64,000 bases of DNA, taken from NCBI GenBank assembly GCA_050246995.1, contig JBFWVA010000005.1, positions 44,990 through 108,989 on the forward strand. The letters run 5' to 3'. Position numbers and translations under genes: made by a program. This DNA is from Rhodospirillaceae bacterium. GTDB lineage: Bacteria > Pseudomonadota > Alphaproteobacteria > Rhodospirillales > Rhodospirillaceae. Position 1 is the first letter of the stretch. Every line of letters starts with the position of its first letter. Of the stretch, positions 57,110 through 64,000 are shown piece by piece. The notes under the pieces were generated by a model that saw only the letters and a program-made list of their open reading frames with translations, was not told the DNA's origin and made no database searches.

Positions 57110-58324
57110 ATGAATGCCGAAATTGATCGCCGGCTCCGCGTGCTTGTCGTCGATGACAAAGCTTTTGTCAGAACGATGACTGGCCGGGTCCTGGAGACGG
57201 CCGGGATCGAGAACGTCGCGTATGCTTCCGACGGAAAGGAAGCGATTGAATACATCCGGCAGGCCAGTCCTCGTGTTGGTCTTGTCTTTTGCGATCTTAT
57301 GATGCCGGACATGGACGGCGTTGAAGTCGTCCGTCATGTCGCCGAATTTGAGCATAAGCCCGCCTTCGTATTCGTGAGCGGCGCCAACGCGGCGTTGCTG
57401 AGTACCGCCGCCGACATGGCGCGTGCCCGCGGCTTGCTCGTCCTTGGCGCGATTGAAAAACCGATCAGCATTGAAGCCGTGCGTGGAATGCTTTCGCGCC
57501 TCGACAATGTGCGGCCCGCGCGCGCCGCTCCGCCAAGCCTCGGGCTCTCCCCGGCCGACCTCCAGGGCGGACTGGAAGCCGACCAGATTACCCTGCACTA
57601 CCAGCCCAAGATCGACATCCGTACGCGCGCGATCGCGGGGTTTGAGTGCCTCGCGAGATGGCAACATCCCGATCACGGGCTTGTGCCCCCCGGCCAGTTC
57701 GTGGCGCTCGCCGAGGCAAGCGGGCTCATCAAACCGCTGACGGATAGGGTTCTGTCCCTTGCCCTTCGGCAGTGCGCGGCGTGGAACAAAGCCGGGCTCA
57801 CGACAAGCCTCAGCATCAATATCTCGGCGCATCTTTTGATCGATCTTGGAATGCCGGACCGAATTGCAAAGGAATCGGCGGAACACGGCCTTCACGCACA
57901 ACAGATCGTGCTCGAAATCACCGAGACCGGCGTCTTCCGGGACGCCGCCGACACTCTCGATATACTCGCGCGTTTGCACATGAAGGGCTTTGCACTTTCC
58001 ATCGATGATTTTGGCACCGGCTATTCATCGATGGAGCAATTGCGCCGCGTCCCGTTCGCCGAACTGAAGATCGACCGCGCCTTTGTCAATGGTGCGGGCC
58101 AGAATCAGAAGGCAAAGGCCATCCTTCAATCGAGCGCGGCGCTTGGACGCAATCTCGGGCTATCGGTCGTGGCGGAAGGCGCGGAGACGCAAGAGGATTG
58201 GGATCTGCTCTCCACTCTCGGGGTTGACGTCGTCCAAGGGTACTTCATCGCAAAACCAATGCCTGTCGACGGCGTGCTTGAGTGGTGCGAAAAGTGGAAC
58301 GACCGGATGGCGCCGAATACTTAG
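57110..58324 (+). CDS. Response regulator with EAL (c-di-GMP phosphodiesterase) output domain
   Basis: REC (VLVVDDK...FCDLMMPDMDG) plus EAL domain motifs (YQPKID, LEITE, DDFGTGYSS, ELKIDRAFV, EGAET). An alternative start at 57083 is possible. Confidence 0.9.
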   Translation: MNAEIDRRLRVLVVDDKAFVRTMTGRVLETAGIENVAYASDGKEAIEYIRQASPRVGLVFCDLMMPDMDGVEVVRHVAEFEHKPAFVFVSGANAALLSTAADMARARGLLVLGAIEKPISIEAVRGMLSRLDNVRPARAAPPSLGLSPADLQGGLEADQITLHYQPKIDIRTRAIAGFECLARWQHPDHGLVPPGQFVALAEASGLIKPLTDRVLSLALRQCAAWNKAGLTTSLSINISAHLLIDLGMPDRIAKESAEHGLHAQQIVLEITETGVFRDAADTLDILARLHMKGFALSIDDFGTGYSSMEQLRRVPFAELKIDRAFVNGAGQNQKAKAILQSSAALGRNLGLSVVAEGAETQEDWDLLSTLGVDVVQGYFIAKPMPVDGVLEWCEKWNDRMAPNT

Positions 58325-59211
58325 CGAGCGAGAACGCGCCCGGCGATCGGCATCAGCTTTTTTATCAGTTCTGAATCCCGCGCGGCCGGCGCGGTGATCA
58401 GCGCGGAATCGAGGGCTCGGTGGCAGCCGCGGTCGCACGGCCCGTGATGAGCGCCAAGCGCGGGCGTGACTTCTTTCACGAGATTCCGCGCTCTGTCGGC
58501 GTTCGCCAGCAGCACCCGCACGACCTGCTCGACCGTGACCGCCGCATGCCCCTCATGCCAGCAGTCGTAATCCGTGACCATGGCCACCGTGGCATAACAA
58601 AGCTCGGCCTCACGGGCGAGTTTGGCTTCGGGCATGTTGGTCATGCCGATGACGTCGCAGTTCCATGAACGATACAGCGTGGATTCCGCGAAGGTCGAGA
58701 ATTGCGGGCCTTCCATCGCGAGGTAAGTGCCGCCGCGCGCGTAGCGGACGCCGATGCTTCTGGCGGCCGCCTCCAAACGGTCGCCCAACCGTCCGCACAC
58801 CGGATGCGCCATCGAGACGTGCGCGACGAGGCCTTTTTCGAAAAACGACTTTGTGCGCGCGAATGTGCGGTCGATAAATTGGTCGACGATGACAAAAGTG
58901 CCCGGCGACAAATTGGCCTGCAGTGAGCCGCAGGCCGACAGCGACAGGATTTCGCTCACGCCCGCCATCTTCAGGGCGCAGATATTGGCACGGTAATTGA
59001 GGTCCGTCGGCGCGTACTTATGGCCGCGCCCGTGGCGGGGCAGAAAGACAACCCGGGTGCCGCCGATGTCGCCGTGCAGCAGTTCGTCGGAGGGATCGCC
59101 GAAAGGTGTTGTGACCTTACGCCATTCCTTGTTGTTGAGCGCCTCGATATCGTAGAGACCCGAGCCCCCGATAATTCCGATCACCGGCGTCTTTCCGCCC
59201 TGCCCGTCCAT
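58321..59211 (-). CDS. mtnP: S-methyl-5'-thioadenosine phosphorylase
   Basis: IGIIGGSGLYD, FLPRHGRGH, MEGPQFST, GMTN.PEAKLAREAE motifs. The ORF is open to 59229. Confidence 0.9.
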   Translation of the reverse strand: MDGQGGKTPVIGIIGGSGLYDIEALNNKEWRKVTTPFGDPSDELLHGDIGGTRVVFLPRHGRGHKYAPTDLNYRANICALKMAGVSEILSLSACGSLQANLSPGTFVIVDQFIDRTFARTKSFFEKGLVAHVSMAHPVCGRLGDRLEAAARSIGVRYARGGTYLAMEGPQFSTFAESTLYRSWNCDVIGMTNMPEAKLAREAELCYATVAMVTDYDCWHEGHAAVTVEQVVRVLLANADRARNLVKEVTPALGAHHGPCDRGCHRALDSALITAPAARDSELIKKLMPIAGRVLAR

Positions 59212-59328
59212 AAAGCCCCCGCAGCCCAAGCCCCAAACCTGTCTGGGACTATTATGGACTAGGCGCCGCCGGCCGGCGGTAAAAAACCCGCAGACTTATA
59301 AGATAGACTTGTTATAAGCACCGTTCCG

Positions 59329-59418
59329 GGAAGGGTGGCCGAGTGGTTTAAGGCACCAGTCTTGAAAACTGGCGTGCTCGCAAGGGCACCGTGGGTTCGA
59401 ATCCCACCCCTTCCGCCA
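59329..59418 (+). tRNA. tRNA-Ser (anticodon TGA), long variable arm, encoded CCA
   Basis: Acceptor GGAAGGG/CCCTTCC, anticodon stem CCAGT/ACTGG with loop CTTGAAA, ~18-nt variable arm, T-loop TTCGAAT. Confidence 0.95.
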
Positions 59419-59525
59419 TTATCGTTGCCCGCCAAGAGGAAACCCGCCCAGGCGTCACAAATGCCTACTTGACCCCAAGGCGGCAGCGGGGAACGCTCAT
59501 ATCCAGATCACAGGGGGAGGATTTC

Positions 59526-60623
59526 ATGAAACATAGCTACCGCCTTTTGGGCGTCTCTTTGACGGCGCTTTTTATGGCCGCCGCGCCGGCCGTGGCCCAG
59601 GAAAAGGGCGGACTGGATTTGACCGGTCCCTATGACGTCGTGGTTGGCTGGTTCAAGCCAGGCATCGAAGGCTGGAACCAGCGCGTCGTTTCCGTGAATG
59701 CGGAAGACCCGAACCGCGTCTTCATCGGCGCCGTCGACCGCAACGACACCCGCGAAGGGCATCCGATGCTGACCGCCGACGGCAAGGTCATGAAGGAAAA
59801 GACCAAGGTCGTCCGCGACAACAACTTTTTCGACAAAGGCGACGTCAACAATCTGCTCGTCCTCAATGCCGACGGAAAGGTGATCGAGAACTGGTCGCAA
59901 TGGAACAGCGAAATCTCTATCGCGCACCACATCATCATCGACCCCTATGATCCGGCGCACCCGGTTTGGGTCGTGGACCGTTTTAATCACCGGCTCCTGA
60001 AGTTCAGCAACGACGGCAAGCAATTGCTGCTCAAGGTCGGCGAAAAGGCGGTTCCCGGAAACGATGAAGGGCATTTCCACGATCCCGCCAGCCTGGCGAT
60101 CATGCCGGACGGCACCTTCTACGTCGCGGACGGTTATACCAACTCGCGCGTCGTCAAGTTCGACAAGAACGGCAAGTATGTCATGTCGTGGGGCACGAAG
60201 GGCACCGGCCCCAGCCAGTTCAGCCTGGTCCACTCGGTCGCGGTCGACGCTGACCGCGTCTATGTGGCCGACCGCAACAACGACCGCATCCAGATCTTCG
60301 ATCACAGCGGCAAGTTCCTCGACCAGTGGCCGGGCACTGCGCGTGTCACACGCGTCATCACCACCGACGACAAGCGCGTATGCGTCTCGGCCACCACGTA
60401 CGGCCGGTTCGCTTGCTATGACCTGAACGGTAAACTGGTCGGCCAGTGGGGCACCTTGGGCGATGAGCCGGGCGTCAGCGACAACGCCCACCAAATCGAC
60501 GTCGACAATGCCGGTAACTTCTATGTGGCGGATGCGAACAACAACCGCGTGCAGAAGTTCGTGCCGAAGAAGAATGGCGACAAGAAGCTTCTGATCGGCA
60601 AGGAATTAGTGCTGAAGAAGTAG
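59526..60623 (+). CDS. Secreted NHL-repeat beta-propeller protein (paralogue of 3020-4222)
   Basis: ATG at 59526 after GGGGGAGGA. Signal peptide ends APAVAQE. Blades FYVADGYTNSRVVKFD, VYVADRNNDRIQIFD, FYVADANNNRVQKF. The ORF-track start lies inside the tRNA. Confidence 0.8.
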   Translation: MKHSYRLLGVSLTALFMAAAPAVAQEKGGLDLTGPYDVVVGWFKPGIEGWNQRVVSVNAEDPNRVFIGAVDRNDTREGHPMLTADGKVMKEKTKVVRDNNFFDKGDVNNLLVLNADGKVIENWSQWNSEISIAHHIIIDPYDPAHPVWVVDRFNHRLLKFSNDGKQLLLKVGEKAVPGNDEGHFHDPASLAIMPDGTFYVADGYTNSRVVKFDKNGKYVMSWGTKGTGPSQFSLVHSVAVDADRVYVADRNNDRIQIFDHSGKFLDQWPGTARVTRVITTDDKRVCVSATTYGRFACYDLNGKLVGQWGTLGDEPGVSDNAHQIDVDNAGNFYVADANNNRVQKFVPKKNGDKKLLIGKELVLKK

Positions 60624-60642
60624 ATATCCAGCGCTGCGAACG

Positions 60643-60681
60643 AAGCGGTGGCGGCCTTGGGCCGCCACCGCTTTTCTTTTT
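60643..60681. terminator. Bidirectional intrinsic terminator between convergent genes
   Basis: GCGGTGGCGGCC-TTG-GGCCGCCACCGC followed by TTTTCTTTTT on the plus strand. Confidence 0.7.
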
Positions 60682-60685
60682 GGCT

Positions 60686-61744
60686 CTACTTACGCGCGCC
60701 GTCGAAATAGTCGACCACGCTCCGGGCCACCTCGCCCATCATGTCCTCGGTGTCGGCCCGCGATCCCGTCATGTTCATATTGTAGAACGAGATGACGATG
60801 GGGCCGGATTTCGCATAGATCACGCCCACATCGTTGGTTACGCCGGTGGTTTCGCCGGTCTTGTGGCCAACCGGAACCGTCAGATAATGCGGGATCTTCA
60901 TGGCGCCGGCCTGCTGCGCGCGTAGCATGCGGCGCATTTCATCACAGCTTTCCGGCTTCGCGACGGTGCACTTTTCAACCCCTTCGACCAGCCGCCCCAT
61001 CTCCCTTGGGCTGGCCGCACCGAACCAACGGCCTTCGTTGTTCGGGTCACTTTGCGCCGGCGAACGGTTGGCGCTGAGGGCCGACACTTCGTCGATCAAG
61101 GCTTTGCGCTGATCCGAGAAAACGGGCAAGCGACGGATGGTCGTGTCGGCACAGCAAAGGGCGAAGACATCTTCCATAGACAGGTTCGCGTACTTTGGAT
61201 CGATCGCGGCATAGATGAGGCGGAAATACTCGCCGGTCGTGTGTGTCTGGTGGAGGACTTGGTACCCAGCGGCCTTGAGCCAGGCGTTCACACGCTCCTT
61301 GCCGCCCACTTTCGCGATCATGAGGTCAGTCGCCGTGTTATCGCTGGTGATCACCATTTCCGTGATCAAGTCGCGCACCGTCGGCCGCAGACCAAGGTCT
61401 TTATAGCGATAGATTCCCGACCCGCCGCGTAGTACGGCTGGCGTTAGCTCCACACGCTCGTCAAGTTTCAGTTTTCCGGCGTCCGCCATTTGAAAGGCGA
61501 TGATCATGGTCGCGAGCTTGATCGTCGAAGCGCTTTCGAAATGTTCATCAGGCCGCACCAGGCCTTCTTCACCGGTCGGCAGATGCTTGATGTAGATGCC
61601 TGATTTTGCCGGCATCCGCGCGAGCTGGGCTTCCAGAAGGCGCGTCAGAGCGCTCGGTGCCTCCGCCGCATAGGCAAAACTGGACAGTGCGAAACAGGAA
61701 ACCAATGCCACGGCGCAGGTCCGCGCATACGTCTTCAATCCCAT
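60686..61744 (-). CDS. Class A beta-lactamase-related serine hydrolase
   Basis: Signal peptide, ASTIK (SxxK), TSDN (SDN), HKTGE (KTG). At 352 aa it is longer than typical class A enzymes. Confidence 0.8.
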   Translation of the reverse strand: MGLKTYARTCAVALVSCFALSSFAYAAEAPSALTRLLEAQLARMPAKSGIYIKHLPTGEEGLVRPDEHFESASTIKLATMIIAFQMADAGKLKLDERVELTPAVLRGGSGIYRYKDLGLRPTVRDLITEMVITSDNTATDLMIAKVGGKERVNAWLKAAGYQVLHQTHTTGEYFRLIYAAIDPKYANLSMEDVFALCCADTTIRRLPVFSDQRKALIDEVSALSANRSPAQSDPNNEGRWFGAASPREMGRLVEGVEKCTVAKPESCDEMRRMLRAQQAGAMKIPHYLTVPVGHKTGETTGVTNDVGVIYAKSGPIVISFYNMNMTGSRADTEDMMGEVARSVVDYFDGARK

Positions 61745-61891
61745 GAGGATACTCCCCTTCTGTCACCGGGGGGATGCTAACACGGCCCCTCTTTAAGAAG
61801 AGCATTGACGACCATTTTTCCGCCGGCCCTAAAAGAAAACGGGCGCCGGAGTGTTCCGGCGCCCGCCCTGGTCTTCGATAGCAAGAAGGCC

Positions 61892-63229
61892 TTAAGCCAT
61901 GATCTCGCTGACTTCCTTGCTGGTCTGGTTGCTCTTGGTGCCCCACTGCGGGGTGTTCACACCCATCAGGCGCAGGCCGGTGTAGCCGATACGGCAGCCG
62001 GTATCGCCCTTCAGGTCGAAGTGATAGCCGTTCTTCACCTTGCCGCCGCAACCGCCGGCGGTCATGAGCGGCATGCCGTCCAACGAGTGGACGCGCGCAT
62101 AGCCGTGATCGGTCGTTGCGTAGATGAACACGTTGTCGAGCAGCGTGCCGTCGCCTTCCTGAACCTTCGTGAAGGCGTCCACATAGTAAGCCCACGCCGA
62201 CATGAGTTTGCGGGTGAAGCCCGAAACTTCCTTTTGATAACCGAGCTGGTCGTCGATGCGCTCTTCGTGAGTCGCGGTGTGGTGCGGCTTTTCGTAGCCG
62301 GCCTTGCTCGGATCGCCCGAACGCGTGGTCATCGCCATGTTGAATACGCGGGTCTGGTCGCACGCGACGGCCATGACCATGATGTCGGTCATCATCTTGT
62401 GACGCGCAGTGATGACTTCGATTTCTTTGCCCGGCGGCGGCTCATTCTTCAGTTCTGCCGGCTTCTTGCACGAAGCGATCGGCTCGGGTTTGGTGAGTTG
62501 CTGCTCGAACTGACGCTCGAGATGGCGCAGTCCCGTGAAATACTGCTCAAGCCGTGCGCGGTCTTCGGCGCCGATCTTGGAATTCAGCGCCTTCACCTCA
62601 TCCATCACGCCCGACAGCACGCTCTTGCGCACCATGATCTTCGGGTTCGGTTTGAATTCCGGCGCGTTCGGGTCCTGGAAGTCGGGCCCAAAAATTCGCG
62701 TGTAGAATGCCAGCGGCGAGATTTCCGGCTGGTTCGGCGTATTCTGATTTTCGTAGGACAAGGTCGAACCGGTCTCGCCTGTGCCCGTAGCCGTCAACAT
62801 CTTGAAGCGCGTGGTGCGGCCAATCTGGTTGGCGACCGTCACATCCAGCGATTCGCCCGGAATGTGGCCGCCGTCTTTCGGCGCGCTACCGGTGCGCAGG
62901 ATGACCCAGCCAGAGTAGTGGCAAAGGTTTTCGTAGTTGTCGCGGAACGCGGTCGTGTTCGTGAACAGGTTCATGTGCTTCTGGATTGGTTTCCATGAAG
63001 CGATTTCTTCCGGTAGCTCGTAATTGAGGCCGGTCTTCTTGGGGACGAACACGTTCGTCTGCATACCCAAGCCCCAGTGCCAGGTTCCGAAGCGGACCGG
63101 CATCGGCTTACCGTCTGCCAGCGCCGTGCCGTTGCCATTGAGGAAGACATTCAGGAGCGGCAAGCCAACCGTGACCGCGCCGCCGCCCAACATGCCGCGC
63201 AGGACGCGACGTCTCTCAATACCGCTCAT
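61892..63229 (-). CDS. DUF1552-like protein with twin-arginine signal
   Basis: MSGIERRRVLRGMLGGGAVTVGLPLLN Tat-type N-terminus preceded by GGAGGG. The overall pattern resembles DUF1552 as I recall it. Pairs with the upstream DUF1592-type gene. Confidence 0.65.
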   Translation of the reverse strand: MSGIERRRVLRGMLGGGAVTVGLPLLNVFLNGNGTALADGKPMPVRFGTWHWGLGMQTNVFVPKKTGLNYELPEEIASWKPIQKHMNLFTNTTAFRDNYENLCHYSGWVILRTGSAPKDGGHIPGESLDVTVANQIGRTTRFKMLTATGTGETGSTLSYENQNTPNQPEISPLAFYTRIFGPDFQDPNAPEFKPNPKIMVRKSVLSGVMDEVKALNSKIGAEDRARLEQYFTGLRHLERQFEQQLTKPEPIASCKKPAELKNEPPPGKEIEVITARHKMMTDIMVMAVACDQTRVFNMAMTTRSGDPSKAGYEKPHHTATHEERIDDQLGYQKEVSGFTRKLMSAWAYYVDAFTKVQEGDGTLLDNVFIYATTDHGYARVHSLDGMPLMTAGGCGGKVKNGYHFDLKGDTGCRIGYTGLRLMGVNTPQWGTKSNQTSKEVSEIMA

Positions 63230-63419
63230 CTCGAAACCCTCCACCGGTTCGTTGTCTTTAAAGGCTCTCCGCGCAACAAACTCCAACATCCCGGCGCCGG
63301 GTTAGGAAAACCAGAGCCAAGGCTAGATTATCGAATAATATACACGCGTTTTCTTGGATAATCCTTGCGATTTTGGGCAATCGTGGCCTTGCGGACGCCA
63401 GATCCTGCCGCGCAGGCTG

Positions 63420-64000
63420 TTACTGACTGACCTCCGCACCGGCCGCCGCCGCGGCGGTTTTCGCAGGCGGCGCATAGGGTTCGGCGACCCGCGAAAAGGC
63501 GTTGGAGAGCGCGATGGTCCGCAGCAGATCCGGGATCCTGTAGCCCTCGGCGACAAAGCTCTCGTTCAGGTAGCCGAGGGTCGTCTGGTCCCTCACATTG
63601 GCCCCGGTTGCATAGCTGAACATCCGCCGGACGAGGCACGACGACAGCCCCGGATGGTCATGCAGCGCCACTCCCAGGCCGATCACATCGGTGAAATCCT
63701 TGCCGTCGAGCCGTCCGCTGGCGTCGATCGCGGCGCCACCCTCGGTTTTACGGTAGCGCCCCGCCCCATCGAAGTTCTCGAGCGCGAGGCCCATGGGATC
63801 GGTGATCTTGTGGCAGCCGGCGCAAACTGGATTTTCGGCATGGAAGTTCAGGCGATCGCGCGCGGTGCGCAGGCGCGGATCCGGGTTTTCCACGGCTGAG
63901 AAGTCGACATTTGCGGGCGGACGCGGCACCGGCTGGCACAGCAACAGCTCGCGCAGAGCCTTTCCGCGCACGGTCGGCGAACTGCGCCCAGGATGCGAAT
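63420..64000 (-). CDS. DUF1592/DUF1588/DUF1585-type protein, C-terminal part (5' end beyond window)
   Basis: Frame stays open to base 64000. CAGCHKITDPMGLALENFDGAGRYR (CxxCH plus DUF1585-like segment). Confidence 0.6.
   Translation of the reverse strand, partial: SHPGRSSPTVRGKALRELLLCQPVPRPPANVDFSAVENPDPRLRTARDRLNFHAENPVCAGCHKITDPMGLALENFDGAGRYRKTEGGAAIDASGRLDGKDFTDVIGLGVALHDHPGLSSCLVRRMFSYATGANVRDQTTLGYLNESFVAEGYRIPDLLRTIALSNAFSRVAEPYAPPAKTAAAAAGAEVSQ

Noticed and set aside
57026-57979. 317-aa ORF antisense to the REC-EAL gene. The same applies to 59508-60494, 61805-62998, 10323-11120, 8337-9194 and 25606-26253.
   Set aside because: Each is fully nested opposite a gene with strong family motifs and lacks any recognisable domain.

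Overview
GC-rich alphaproteobacterial chromosomal core. The conserved gene orders are yceD-rpmF-plsX-fabH-ihfA-merR-tRNA-Pro, dusB(nifR3)-ntrBC-ntrYX-dat-HAD-hfq-hflX, metG-tatD-MBL, and mltB-like/rlpA/dacC/tmk/holB. I call about 62 protein genes, 2 tRNAs and a few intrinsic terminators, most of them ordinary housekeeping.

I found no rRNA, CRISPR array, transposase, integrase, phage gene or recognisable defence or toxin system. I do not see a convincing large undescribed system here. Many 60-400 aa ORFs in the track are GC-driven antisense artefacts.

Loci worth a second look:
1. A split mtnP / mtnA / class II aldolase set that looks like the DHAP-shunt type of MTA and 5'-deoxyadenosine salvage. 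An oppositely oriented REC-EAL gene interrupts it.
2. A 615-bp gene-free, repeat-dense region (20456-21071). It holds a 35-bp direct repeat, six CGATTTT/AAAATCG motifs and two triplets of the heptamer TGTCGCC. It lies upstream of three uncharacterised genes.
3. A small two-domain multicopper oxidase with its blue-copper Cys in domain 1. It is divergent from a cytochrome c gene across a palindromic putative operator.
4. Two NHL beta-propeller paralogues.
5. A DUF1552 / DUF1592-type pair with a CxxCH motif.
6. A class III cyclase start/stop-overlapped with an ABC importer.
7. Several compositionally atypical patches.

All functional calls come from motif and family recognition by eye. No database search was run.
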